In this document: one piece after another, positions 8,665 to 18,571 of the stretch | Numbering within the stretch: position 1 is the first letter of the stretch | Layout: each line of letters begins with the position of its first letter | Virus record (IMG/VR): IMGVR_UViG_2595698524_000001 | Location: 64,001-128,000 of that record | Origin: a virus | Taxonomy: Duplodnaviria; Caudoviricetes | Direction: 5' to 3' (one strand) | DNA: 64,000 nucleotides | The notes under the pieces: model-generated | Database searches by the model: none | What the model was told of the DNA's origin: nothing | What the model saw: the letters and a program-made list of their open reading frames with translations, nothing else | Position numbers and translations under genes: made by a program

Positions 8665-10209
8665 ATGTCTATTACAGCTCAACACCTGAAAGATCTGCTC
8701 ACTGCTGCTACTTCCGGTAACCCACGTCTGAAGACCATCATCGATGGCGCAACAGCGAAAGGTGTTAGCATGGATAACGCGGCGAAGGCAGCTATGATTG
8801 TTGCTAACCTGATGTTCTCTCAGAACACTCCGCCGAACATCGTATCTGCTGCTACAGTACGTACGTTCGAAGCGGTTCTGTACGTTGACCTGTCTCAGGC
8901 GACGGGTATTCAACTCGATAATGCAACGCATAACGAGCTGTTGAACAACCGTCAGCAGGCGCTGGACTTTGTGCAGAAACAAAACGGCAACAGCGGCAAC
9001 CCATTCACCAGCGGTGGCGGTAGCAGCAATAACCCGTTCTTGGGTAGCAGCAACAATAACGCAAGCAACAACAATCCGTTCCTGAGTAATAACAGCAGCA
9101 ACAATACTCAGGGCACCACCAACGATAATCCGTTCCTCGGCACCACCAGTAACAACGGTAACGAAGGCGAAAACATCTTTACCTCCGCGCCGTCGGCACC
9201 TGAAAAGCCAGCGGCACCTGCACAACCTGCACCACAGACTACTGTGGAGCCGGCCAAACATAAAACAATCAAGGCGGGAACCTCAATGGAAAAGTATCAA
9301 GACCATGAGCTGAACGTGGACTATACGACTGCGGCACAACCTCCTCGTAAGACTAACGAAACCCTGAAACAGTTCAAACTGAACGGTGACTGGGCTGAAC
9401 GTGTGTGTAATGCGCTGGACGAAGGCAAAGTCATTATCAACTTTGACGACGCAGAAGTCCTCGGCAAACTGATGGTTGATCGTCGTACCTTCAGCGGCTT
9501 CAACGAGCAGACTCAGGATAAGTTCAACGACTGGATTGAAAAGCATCGTCAGGCTATCAACGATCTCGATGGTCTGCAGGAGCAAGATGACATTCAGATT
9601 ATCATGAAGAAAGTCATCAGCACCATGCACACTCTGCGCGACAACGCGATGGAGTATTTCCGTTACGTTGAAGAAGCTGGCGTACCGAACACGGTGAAGA
9701 TGGATGTCTCTGCGCTGGTTGCGTGTTACCTGAATCGTCTGGAAGAGCTGGTACTCAACGGCTTCCGTATCGGTTCTGGCCAGTGCCATACTCCGGACGG
9801 TCGTCGCTTCGGTATTAAGAATACCTTTGCTGACCTCGCCGACTTTGCTGATAGTGTGTTCAATCACTTCTGCGACAATAACGGCGTGTGCATGGAGCAA
9901 GACTACTTCCGCGAGCTGTATCTGAGCGTTGCTGCGCAGCTTAAGAAACTGCGCCTGAAAGTTCAGGAAGCAGGTGAAGTGGATGTTGAGATGGTAACCT
10001 TCGAAGTCGTCACCGCAGGTAACTACACGAACTACGATAAAGATAACGTGGTAACTGTAAACTCCTTCGGCCCGCTGGCAGAAGTGTTGTCTTCTATCTA
10101 CGAAGTGATCGCTGAAAAGGTACCGTACGCGTCTGTAACCGTACAGTTACCAACCGGTAATATCGAACTGCTTCAATCCCTTGACCTGGGTGCGCCGATT
10201 CGTTATTAA
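8665..10209 (+). CDS. hypothetical protein with Asn/Ser/Gly-rich NPF-repeat region
   Basis: 514 aa; GGAG SD; four NPF plus one NIF in N/S/G-rich spacers, then a Pro/Ala linker. Confidence 0.85.
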   Translation: MSITAQHLKDLLTAATSGNPRLKTIIDGATAKGVSMDNAAKAAMIVANLMFSQNTPPNIVSAATVRTFEAVLYVDLSQATGIQLDNATHNELLNNRQQALDFVQKQNGNSGNPFTSGGGSSNNPFLGSSNNNASNNNPFLSNNSSNNTQGTTNDNPFLGTTSNNGNEGENIFTSAPSAPEKPAAPAQPAPQTTVEPAKHKTIKAGTSMEKYQDHELNVDYTTAAQPPRKTNETLKQFKLNGDWAERVCNALDEGKVIINFDDAEVLGKLMVDRRTFSGFNEQTQDKFNDWIEKHRQAINDLDGLQEQDDIQIIMKKVISTMHTLRDNAMEYFRYVEEAGVPNTVKMDVSALVACYLNRLEELVLNGFRIGSGQCHTPDGRRFGIKNTFADLADFADSVFNHFCDNNGVCMEQDYFRELYLSVAAQLKKLRLKVQEAGEVDVEMVTFEVVTAGNYTNYDKDNVVTVNSFGPLAEVLSSIYEVIAEKVPYASVTVQLPTGNIELLQSLDLGAPIRY

Positions 10210-10214
10210 TCGGT

Positions 10215-10264
10215 AAAAAAAATATAAAGAGATACACCCCCGGTTGGGGGTGTATTCTTTTTTT
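10215..10264. terminator. bidirectional terminator
   Basis: A-tract, ATACACCCCC-GGTT-GGGGGTGTAT, T-tract, between convergent genes. Confidence 0.85.
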
Positions 10265-10272
10265 GTTTCGAC

Positions 10273-13011
10273 TTAGAACTTCAAGTCGGGGTCGGTGCCG
10301 TCGTCTGTCCCGTCACCTTCAGTACCATCATCCTCGGTACCATCCCCTTCCGTGCCGTCATCCTCAGTACCATCGTCTTCAGTTCCATCCCCGGCGTCGG
10401 TACCGTCATCCGTTGTATCGTCGTCAAGCGACATATCGTCCGCGTTATCGTTCATGCCGTCGTCTTCGGTAGTATCGCCCGTTCCGCCAGTATCATCGTC
10501 AAATCCAGTATCGCCGCCACCTGCATTATCACCGAAGCCCATGTCACCACCTTCCTGTCCTACACCGGCTTGTTTAGCAACCGTTTCAACTTTACCGGTC
10601 GCACGCTTAGCCATCTGCAGGAAGAACTGTGCCACTTTCTGAGTTTCGTCTGTGATAGTCTTAATAACATCAGCACGTTTCTCTTCATCGAACAGGTCGA
10701 AGAAGTCAGATTCGATACCGTTGTTCTTAAGCCAGCTGCGCAGGTAGTAGTTCTTAACCATCGCCTTCAGGTCATCCGGCTGCATTTCAATGTTGTTCTC
10801 AGACAACAGTGAAGTCAGCTCTTCAGACATTACAGTATCCGCAATCTTCTCGAGGAATTCAACGCGCTTGTCGAACTGCTCCATCTGAGAGGACGCTGCA
10901 GAGGTATCCGGCGGCGGTAAGGTTACCAACAGATTCTCGGTGAAACGTCGAACGACCTGACTGATTTGTGGCATCAGGTTTTCGATGTTCAAATCCGGTT
11001 TCTGGGTTTTGTAGAACTCAACAACTTCTTGCAGCAACTCAGCCTGCAGTTTCGGTGACGCTGTGGTCATCGTTTTGCAGTACAGAGTAATCGGCTTAGA
11101 GAGCTGTTCTTGTTTCTTGGTAACCTGCTGGGTAGTAATCAACGACTTAGAATAAATCTGGCTGGCGAACTCAAGGTTCTCCGGGGTCAGTACCAGATCC
11201 GGGTCAACCCCGGCGATAGCACACGTACGACGCAGAAGCTTATCATCCAGTTCGGAATCCGGCTCTTTATAGTCAGGCGTGTTATCTGACACAGACACTT
11301 TGTGCGAAGCGTAATGGTCGTTACCTTCAACGTTAAACGCAATACCTGCGTTCGTGGCGTTGGCGAAGGTGTCGTTCATGTCGCCCCACATTGGCATACG
11401 ACGTGCGTAAGAGTTAATGATGTCCGATTTGATACGGTCAACAGACTCCTGCGGGTTCATGTCATCCGGAGACAACTGAATATCGTACTGTAAGTGACGT
11501 GCAGAGTTCAGAATCGCGGTGTTCATGCCTGCGAACAGTAATGACATGCGAATGGTCGAGATAACGAACGAGCGCTCGGTAATCGACACACCGATACCGT
11601 CTTCATTGAAGTCGGTTGCAAAGTACGGCATGTTCTCAGCAGGAACGTACAGCACTTGGGTGTGTTCTTTCGCCAGATGGCGACCGAGCATTACACGACC
11701 AAAGTCCTCGCTGATATCTACGGAAACATCACCGCCACCCAATGCCGTGGAAATCATCCGCGACATTTGGTCTTCGGCCAGCTCACCGTAACGGGCAATC
11801 AGTTTGTTAGCGATGTCAGGCGATACGCTGCCTTGGTTGCCAAGGTTAAGACTCGTGCGGTTAACAATGGAGTCCACCTGACCATCGTTGGTCAAGTAGT
11901 TCATGAATGTAGCATCGCCGTAGATAGACGATTTCGCACTCACGAAGTTACCGATGTCATCCAGAATCAATAACCAACCAATCGGATTTCTTACGTCGCC
12001 AGACAATACTACGGGTAACGCACACTCTGGAGGAACGCGTCGACGAATAGGTTCAAGTCGGTTCTTTTCCCCAAACTCAATCAGCGGTGCTTCTTTATAA
12101 GTGTGCAGTTCGAACTGACGATCGTATTTCGGGTTTAAATCCGCACCAGACATCAGTTTCTTTTCGTCAGCCTGGCCTTGCAGAAGATTCCCACCGCTCG
12201 GCTCAGATAACGTACCCTGCACGCCATTATATGACGGCACGCCCATCTGCTTGCGCAATGCGCCACGCGCGCTCTCCGTTGCTAAACGGCGACGGAAGGC
12301 TGCAAGCTGAGTAATCTGCGGGTTGTCAGTCACCGTTATTTTTTGGGTTGCCAGTTCTTCTTTGAACAGGCCATCCAGTTTTAAAACGAATTCCTGAGGT
12401 TTCTCCGAAGCGCTTGCTGCGTTCAGGATAGACTCCAGCCCAGCGAGTTTTTTCTCTGGGTTGATGTTGCGAAGGATGCCGAGTTGTCCTTCGAACGTGG
12501 ATTTAAGTTTGGTACGAAATGATTCCTGCGCCACCTGCTCGTTGAGGTTAAACATCTCATCGAAGCCGGAGTCGGACGTAATCAGAATCGGCGTTGCACC
12601 TTTCGAACGCTGGGCGTCATAAAGCCACTCGTAAAGGTTACGCGGCAGGTTGTCTACGTCATTGAAGAAATCCCGGACGCGGCGAACCATGTTTGTACGC
12701 AAATCCAGTGGAATCTCATCGTCGAGACATTCGTAAACCAATGACGTTGTTACGAGGTCTTTTGTTGACAGAAGAGATGAGGTAGAGATTGTAACAATCG
12801 TCTCTAACTCAGGCAGTGCGTCGAATATTTTTTCGGCATTACGAATGGCGCGAATACGCGAGCCTGCCATACCTACCAACTCACCACGGGTGGGAGTTAC
12901 ACCGCCCTGGTCACGTTGGCCGCGTCGCTGTTGCGGCGCTGGGCTCGTGGTCTTTCTCAGTATAGCGCTCATCGATTCGTCTTGCGCTGTTAATTTCTTT
13001 AAATCGTCCAT
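10273..13011 (-). CDS. portal protein (phiKZ gp129-like) with acidic tail
   Basis: About 910 aa, minus strand, divergent from a virion gene as in phiKZ-like phages; AQE/GLE/ATE processing motifs; start set at ATG 13011 with GGAGA SD. Confidence 0.75.
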   Translation of the reverse strand: MDDLKKLTAQDESMSAILRKTTSPAPQQRRGQRDQGGVTPTRGELVGMAGSRIRAIRNAEKIFDALPELETIVTISTSSLLSTKDLVTTSLVYECLDDEIPLDLRTNMVRRVRDFFNDVDNLPRNLYEWLYDAQRSKGATPILITSDSGFDEMFNLNEQVAQESFRTKLKSTFEGQLGILRNINPEKKLAGLESILNAASASEKPQEFVLKLDGLFKEELATQKITVTDNPQITQLAAFRRRLATESARGALRKQMGVPSYNGVQGTLSEPSGGNLLQGQADEKKLMSGADLNPKYDRQFELHTYKEAPLIEFGEKNRLEPIRRRVPPECALPVVLSGDVRNPIGWLLILDDIGNFVSAKSSIYGDATFMNYLTNDGQVDSIVNRTSLNLGNQGSVSPDIANKLIARYGELAEDQMSRMISTALGGGDVSVDISEDFGRVMLGRHLAKEHTQVLYVPAENMPYFATDFNEDGIGVSITERSFVISTIRMSLLFAGMNTAILNSARHLQYDIQLSPDDMNPQESVDRIKSDIINSYARRMPMWGDMNDTFANATNAGIAFNVEGNDHYASHKVSVSDNTPDYKEPDSELDDKLLRRTCAIAGVDPDLVLTPENLEFASQIYSKSLITTQQVTKKQEQLSKPITLYCKTMTTASPKLQAELLQEVVEFYKTQKPDLNIENLMPQISQVVRRFTENLLVTLPPPDTSAASSQMEQFDKRVEFLEKIADTVMSEELTSLLSENNIEMQPDDLKAMVKNYYLRSWLKNNGIESDFFDLFDEEKRADVIKTITDETQKVAQFFLQMAKRATGKVETVAKQAGVGQEGGDMGFGDNAGGGDTGFDDDTGGTGDTTEDDGMNDNADDMSLDDDTTDDGTDAGDGTEDDGTEDDGTEGDGTEDDGTEGDGTDDGTDPDLKF
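10291..10410 (-). repeat. 15-bp degenerate tandem repeat encoding (D/G)DGT(E/D) pentapeptides
   Basis: Units such as agtaccatcatcctc, ggtaccatccccttc, cgtgccgtcatcctc and agtaccatcgtcttc. Confidence 0.85.
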
Positions 13012-13026
13012 CCGGAGTTGTCTCCA

Positions 13027-15198
13027 ATGCAAAGATACAATATATTCGTTGGGCAATGTATTGACTTGGCAGACTCAATGATTATTAAATCAGAGGCAAT
13101 TGCCGATGCCATGAACAGGCCCCTTCTGGAATCCGGAAAACAGATTCCTACGGACAAGTCACAATGGCGTTATTATCAACATCTCGCCGGTCAGCGGTTG
13201 AGCACCGACAGTCCGGTGATGATAACGTCACTGGATGATCAGAAGTCAATTGAGCTTACGGTTGAGAACCTTGCTCGCCATAAGAAGACTTCTAATGTGT
13301 ATCGGGCCAATCCCACGTATATTACCGCGTTGGTGTCCGATTACCCTGACATGGTTGTCTACATCAAAGGCTGCTTCACACCGATTCCACTGTCTGAATC
13401 CTTAGCCGCCCCCGACTGTACCGTTATGCGCTACAGTAGGCTGTTGGTTGAAGAGCAAGAGCAGTCTATCATCAGTGACCTCCAGACGTGGATACTCGCG
13501 TCACACCGACGTTGGATGTCGGAAGGGTGGAAGGTACACAACGATGCTTTTGAAGCGGCATTCTATGCACAACTGTATCCACAAATTCCCGGTAAGATTA
13601 TGGAACTGCGGATGGCACGATGCCACACGCCGGAAGTCCATAGCTACCACGTCGAGGAATTCTTAGCCTCTCACCAGAAGCTTAACGAGTTCCTTCCTTA
13701 CCTGACACCGGCTCAAAAGTTCACGTTGTATCGCAACATCCGTTATTGGGAACGTAACACCGGTAAAGATGATATCTTTACATGGTTAGTCGACGTCTTC
13801 CTGACAGGCTGGAACATGCCAACGGTGGCCTACGACGTGGGCCAGCAGATTCATGATGCGTCGGATGACAATCACCTGCGCCCGGAACCGGTCGGGTACA
13901 AAGTCCCACTTAACTTTGATGAGATTCAGGGCGGTCGTGACCTGCAGTTGGTGTCGACTACTGAAATCATTAATAAAGAGTACGGACTGGCTGACGAGAA
14001 CTACCTCTATCAAGAGGAGATGCTCAACGAGCTCAATGAGAACCTCTCGCTGACTCAGTACCCTGACCAGCCGACGAAGCTCATTGAAATCACAGCGATT
14101 GACCCCGAAGCTGTGGAGCGTGACCAGCTCGATATGACGCTCTTTAATGAGCTGTTACATCTGGCTTGTCTGGGGCGTTACAATATCCAACACGAAATCA
14201 TTAACCCGACAAACGGTGATACGATGCGCATGTCAACCAAAGAGTTGATTGCGCTATACTTGTACGCTGGCTTCCAAGGTTATTCGGGCATCACGCTCGA
14301 ACACATCCCGACATTGAACTGTCAGGGTGTGCTGATTAAACGTTGGGTTACCGTTGATGAGTTAATGGCGTTTCTGCCAGAATCTTATCCGGGTCGTTGG
14401 ACGCCTACTGTTAACTATTATGTTGACACGCACACAGAGATTTACAGCAACTTATTGAGTGCTGATGAGTTTTATGAGTCGGTCGCGAAAATCCTCGAGA
14501 TGAAACGCAACCGGTGGAAGTACACACATAACCGTCGTCGTGGCACGGATACTATCGCAGGTCAGCTGCTGTATCAGTATTACTACCGCAGTTACGAGTG
14601 TGACTTGAAACTCAACTTCGAGAATTACGCTGAGTTCTTTGCGAAGTTTGCAATGGACTACGAAATCATTTCCTCCGAATCCTGGGCCGACATTGCGGTT
14701 GATGCGTTCAATATCTTGACTGCGTACGAGACAAACACCTCGGTTACGCAGAGCGAGATTCAGCGTGCAATGGTGCGACTGCTTTCAATGCTGTCGTCGT
14801 ATACGATTCACTTTGCGACACGTATGGCGTCAGACTCCTTTATCGTTACCGAACCGGTGGTGATTAAGCCCGATGAAACCTTAACGTCTGCATCGTTAGG
14901 TGAAGTGATTATACAGGAAGCTATCGAGCCCATCGATAGCAAAATAAAAGCACGTGGGAATATTGAAATCGATTCACCGATGCCCGATGTGGTAGAAGTG
15001 AATATCCCACAGAACTTTAATTTCTTCTTTAACATGCGTCCTCGTATCGAGGTGCAGGTCGAAACCAAACTGGACGTATCGATTGACCAACCGCTGGCAA
15101 TGCCTGACGTGACATCAATTGATCGTATTCCGTGGGATGGTCGCCGACTCGTTGAACGCGTTGTTATAAGGGATAACGGGCCGTATACCGCCCCGTAG
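13027..15198 (+). CDS. virion structural protein, putative baseplate (phiKZ gp128-like)
   Basis: About 723 aa; WRYYQHLAG and LYRNIRYW.RNTGK motifs recalled from phiKZ-like baseplate proteins; GGAG SD at 13014. Confidence 0.7.
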   Translation: MQRYNIFVGQCIDLADSMIIKSEAIADAMNRPLLESGKQIPTDKSQWRYYQHLAGQRLSTDSPVMITSLDDQKSIELTVENLARHKKTSNVYRANPTYITALVSDYPDMVVYIKGCFTPIPLSESLAAPDCTVMRYSRLLVEEQEQSIISDLQTWILASHRRWMSEGWKVHNDAFEAAFYAQLYPQIPGKIMELRMARCHTPEVHSYHVEEFLASHQKLNEFLPYLTPAQKFTLYRNIRYWERNTGKDDIFTWLVDVFLTGWNMPTVAYDVGQQIHDASDDNHLRPEPVGYKVPLNFDEIQGGRDLQLVSTTEIINKEYGLADENYLYQEEMLNELNENLSLTQYPDQPTKLIEITAIDPEAVERDQLDMTLFNELLHLACLGRYNIQHEIINPTNGDTMRMSTKELIALYLYAGFQGYSGITLEHIPTLNCQGVLIKRWVTVDELMAFLPESYPGRWTPTVNYYVDTHTEIYSNLLSADEFYESVAKILEMKRNRWKYTHNRRRGTDTIAGQLLYQYYYRSYECDLKLNFENYAEFFAKFAMDYEIISSESWADIAVDAFNILTAYETNTSVTQSEIQRAMVRLLSMLSSYTIHFATRMASDSFIVTEPVVIKPDETLTSASLGEVIIQEAIEPIDSKIKARGNIEIDSPMPDVVEVNIPQNFNFFFNMRPRIEVQVETKLDVSIDQPLAMPDVTSIDRIPWDGRRLVERVVIRDNGPYTAP

Positions 15199-15221
15199 CG
15201 GTCCTAATTACTGGAGGAATC

Positions 15222-15737
15222 ATGAGTTACCGCCTAGACATGACCTTGCGACCCGAGGTCATCTTGCGTTCGTTAGTTAACTACCGTAACCACACGAACT
15301 ATAAAGAGAACCAATTAACATGGCACCCGAGTGGGGCGCGTGAACTCGAAAAACGCTTGCGTGATACGTTGGTACCGCGTTGCGATACTTACGCGTTGGC
15401 GAGCTTCTCACACGGTTATATCGGTTCGCGAAACTTTACCTACCTGCGTGTAGACCTCGACGAAATGTTCGACGGTCAGGTAGCGTACGCGCCTGCGAAT
15501 GAACACACAGAAACTGACGAGCTGCTGCCTTATATCCTCGCCGACCTCGGTGTTAGTCTGACCCGTAAAGACATTATCCCTCTGTTGATTCCTGAAGATG
15601 CAGAGGAAGTAGATGTTTTGATTGCGCCTCGTCATCTGACGTATAAAGGCAAGATTACGGTCTCGCTGACAGGTGGGAAGAAGCGTTTGGTGGAGCGCGT
15701 GTTGATTACTGACGTGGGTCCTTACCCAACTGCTTAA
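15222..15737 (+). CDS. virion protein, single-domain member of the tail/baseplate paralog family
   Basis: GYIGSRNFTYLRVDL, LGVSLTRKDI and YKGKITV match motifs of the 50.7-64 kb array. Confidence 0.75.
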   Translation: MSYRLDMTLRPEVILRSLVNYRNHTNYKENQLTWHPSGARELEKRLRDTLVPRCDTYALASFSHGYIGSRNFTYLRVDLDEMFDGQVAYAPANEHTETDELLPYILADLGVSLTRKDIIPLLIPEDAEEVDVLIAPRHLTYKGKITVSLTGGKKRLVERVLITDVGPYPTA

Positions 15738-15748
15738 TGGAGCAATAA

Positions 15749-16630
15749 ATGTCTAAGGTTTATGATGGGAAACTCTCGACGCCTACTCTCAGTGCCATGC
15801 GTTTAGCAATGGCGTTGATGACCGGCTCGCTGATTAAGTACCCCGAGAAATCAACTCTGAACGAACACTTTAACTTGCTGGCAAACCGTATCCCGGATGG
15901 GACGGAACGTGCAACGTTGAAGTATCTCTGTATCGGCAACCGTGGCCACGTCGCGCAGACTGAAAGCGACGGCTTTACTGACTTCGTACCTGTCGGTAAA
16001 GTGGCGAATGCCTCGGGGATGTTTAACGCAGTGCCGTTCGTGCTGCGTGAACTTGATAATGACCTGAGCGATGCACAGCGTAAGAACTATGCGTTCCGCA
16101 CACAGGTCAACATCAATGGCCGTAACTACTGGGCGTATTACCTCAAGCGTATCGACATGCGTACCGTGGAAACCAACGACTACCTGATTACCAAGCAAGG
16201 TTCAGTGCAGACGGTGGTTGACCACGTGTACACCGACAATGAGCTCTTCCCTAAACCAATTGAGCTGCCGGAGTATGACTACGACGATGATCAGCGCGTC
16301 GATATCCCGGACGGTCGTTACGTAACCTCGAACGCAGATATCAAAATTGTCTTCGATGAGTTCGACGTGCAGGAGTACATGAACGTCACCGCGATTATGC
16401 GTGGTAGTTCGCGTTCTTCTGTTATCTCGGAAATCGCGTTGGCCTCAGGTATTGACGGCGTAGCGACGGGTGAATCTGCAACCGGTTCTCCGTTCTCTTA
16501 CGACGAAGCGCTGGGTGTGCAGGTCCTGTACTACATTACGCTGTACAGCAACCTCGCCATCACCAACGAAAACCTGAACATGACAGTGAAAATCGGTCAG
16601 TCATCGCCGTTCTTTATTGGAGCGGTCTGA
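15749..16630 (+). CDS. virion structural protein (baseplate/tail)
   Basis: KYLCIGNRGH, PFVLRELDNDL and YWAYYLKR motifs typical of phiKZ-like structural genes; operon context. Confidence 0.7.
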   Translation: MSKVYDGKLSTPTLSAMRLAMALMTGSLIKYPEKSTLNEHFNLLANRIPDGTERATLKYLCIGNRGHVAQTESDGFTDFVPVGKVANASGMFNAVPFVLRELDNDLSDAQRKNYAFRTQVNINGRNYWAYYLKRIDMRTVETNDYLITKQGSVQTVVDHVYTDNELFPKPIELPEYDYDDDQRVDIPDGRYVTSNADIKIVFDEFDVQEYMNVTAIMRGSSRSSVISEIALASGIDGVATGESATGSPFSYDEALGVQVLYYITLYSNLAITNENLNMTVKIGQSSPFFIGAV

Positions 16631-17295
16631 TGCTAATCCCTGCTCCGCGCAAGCCAGAAACCATGCTGCGTATTGTTGGGGTCGACCCCGGCACTTCGCA
16701 TCTTGGTCTTGCAGTTCTGGACTGGGAGTGGGGTGCCGAGCAAGCTGAAGTGGCTTGGTCCAAAACGATTCACGTGAAAGATGCCACCCACGATTCTGAT
16801 TTTACCGAGAGTTGTGGGAAACGTGATAAACGACTTCAGCAACTGAAGGACGCGTGGTCTGAGTTCTTAGACTTAGTCGGCGGTACGTTCTTCATTACTG
16901 AAACCCCGTTTATGCTGCGCAGTAAGTTAAGCGCTTATGAATCCGGCGTCGAGTTACAGAAAATGTTAAGAGAAGGTCTGTGGGATAAACACCCGCAGAA
17001 ACTCTTGCATGGCATTAACCCGATAATGGTAAAGTCTTTTGTAGGAGTTGCGGCAAAAGGGACGACCAAGGAAGATATGGCAGTAGCAGTAACTAAGCTG
17101 TACGCCAATCACACCTTGATTGACCTCTCAGTTTTAGACGAACACTCGATAGATGCCATCGCAGTTGCGAACTACTTTGTACGTTCGTCGCTGCTTAACC
17201 TTAACACTCTACTACCGCCGAAGGAAAAGAAACCGGAAAGTGGTGTGGGTGGGAAAAAGAAACGGCGTGGTCGTTTCAGGAGAAAGAAAAAATGA
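16630..17295 (+). CDS. ruvC: RuvC-like Holliday junction resolvase
   Basis: VGVDPGTSHLG, ETPF and EHSIDAIAVA catalytic pattern; basic C-terminal tail. Confidence 0.85.
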   Translation: MLIPAPRKPETMLRIVGVDPGTSHLGLAVLDWEWGAEQAEVAWSKTIHVKDATHDSDFTESCGKRDKRLQQLKDAWSEFLDLVGGTFFITETPFMLRSKLSAYESGVELQKMLREGLWDKHPQKLLHGINPIMVKSFVGVAAKGTTKEDMAVAVTKLYANHTLIDLSVLDEHSIDAIAVANYFVRSSLLNLNTLLPPKEKKPESGVGGKKKRRGRFRRKKK

Positions 17296-17879
17296 GTGAA
17301 GTTGCTGAGGCCGTGAAGACTGTAAGTGCGCCTTCTGCCCATGACGTGGTGGGACCGATTCTTGATATCCTCATCAAAGCTGGTACGGATAAGATTGCCA
17401 ACGATGAAGATGCCAAGAAAGTTGTGGACGCCGCGAAAGACGCACTGGGTGTCACGGTGGATGTCACCAAACCCGCTTCGGAGATTCTCGGTAATCTCCG
17501 TCCGATGATTGTGGGGACGGTTGGGCAGATGTCCGATGTCTTCGCAAACAAAGCTGCTGCCGCAGTCGATAACCTCAATGAAATCTACGGCAAAGAAACC
17601 CTGCTGACGATTTACCCAACACTTCAGTTCGCCCAGAAGCTGCTAATTTGGCTGTTCTTCTTGGCGTCGTGTGGTGTGTCCGCAGCCCTGACGTTGGATT
17701 TCATCAAAGCCCCCGCGTACGATTACTTCGACCTTATCTTTGCGGCCGGTTGGCCGGTGCTGGCTGGTTTCGCGTTCTGTACGTGGCCAATCAAAACGCT
17801 GGCACTGACCTCGCTGCAGATTGGTTCGAAGGCTGTCGCGATTAAGCTTGAACGTACTGCGAAAAAGACGAAAGTCTAA
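17292..17879 (+). CDS. membrane protein with two TM helices; holin candidate
   Basis: LLIWLFFLASCGVSAALTL and LIFAAGWPVLAGFAFCTW segments, basic C-terminus, near the endolysin. Confidence 0.6.
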   Translation: MSEVAEAVKTVSAPSAHDVVGPILDILIKAGTDKIANDEDAKKVVDAAKDALGVTVDVTKPASEILGNLRPMIVGTVGQMSDVFANKAAAAVDNLNEIYGKETLLTIYPTLQFAQKLLIWLFFLASCGVSAALTLDFIKAPAYDYFDLIFAAGWPVLAGFAFCTWPIKTLALTSLQIGSKAVAIKLERTAKKTKV

Positions 17880-17885
17880 TAGGCT

Positions 17886-17921
17886 GGCCAGTCACCTCGG
17901 TGGCTGGTCGCTTTTATTTTT
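17886..17921 (+). terminator. intrinsic terminator
   Basis: GC-rich hairpin (ggccagtcacctcggtggctggtc) then TTTTATTTTT. Confidence 0.7.
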
Positions 17922-17963
17922 AAACATCAATTCTCCATTATGTGTAAATTAATGAGGTGAACT

Positions 17964-18563
17964 ATGGACATTCGTATTGTTTATCGGGATATCTTAATCC
18001 CCGTGCGCGGTTTGAAGAAAACTATTCCTACCGGGCGCAAGTACCGTATCACTGAAGATAAAAAAGAAGAAATTATCTTAGCCGCTTTCCGCGACTGGTT
18101 CTCCATTACGCGCCGTTGCCAACATGCTGACGAGGTGGATACCCCGAAACCTGCCAGCAGGCTCGTACCGGTGCTCGCACAATTGCCGTACACTGACGAA
18201 GAGCGGAAATATATCGCGTCGATGTTGCCTGTCGAGATAGAGAAAATCCTGCGCACGATGCACATGGACACGGTCGATTTTGGTGGTGGTATTACCTGTG
18301 CGTTTTGGGGTGAGAACATGTATTCGTTACGCTTTACTCGTAACTGTGTTGTGTTCCGCTTCCCTCGGGTGTATCGCGATTACAAACTGATTACCGCGAA
18401 TCACTATATTGACGAATGCGTCCGTAAAGTCTCTCTGCGTTTGAAGATGAGTCAGAACGAGGTCTATAAAGAGTTAACCGCACTGACTGGCAACGATTTA
18501 CTTAAACCTGATATCACCAATGTGCTGACCGAAGCTATCCGCACTCGCTTGAACATTATTTAA
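17964..18563 (+). CDS. hypothetical protein
   Basis: 199-aa ORF with GAGGTG SD. Confidence 0.8.
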   Translation: MDIRIVYRDILIPVRGLKKTIPTGRKYRITEDKKEEIILAAFRDWFSITRRCQHADEVDTPKPASRLVPVLAQLPYTDEERKYIASMLPVEIEKILRTMHMDTVDFGGGITCAFWGENMYSLRFTRNCVVFRFPRVYRDYKLITANHYIDECVRKVSLRLKMSQNEVYKELTALTGNDLLKPDITNVLTEAIRTRLNII

Positions 18564-18571
18564 GGACCGCT

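Noticed and set aside
10291-10410. Repeat considered as a CRISPR-like array
   Set aside because: 15-bp in-frame coding units with no spacers and synonymous variation
10295-10642. Ser/Pro/Val-repeat ORF on the plus strand
   Set aside because: Antisense mirror of the portal's acidic repeat tail, lying beyond a bidirectional terminator
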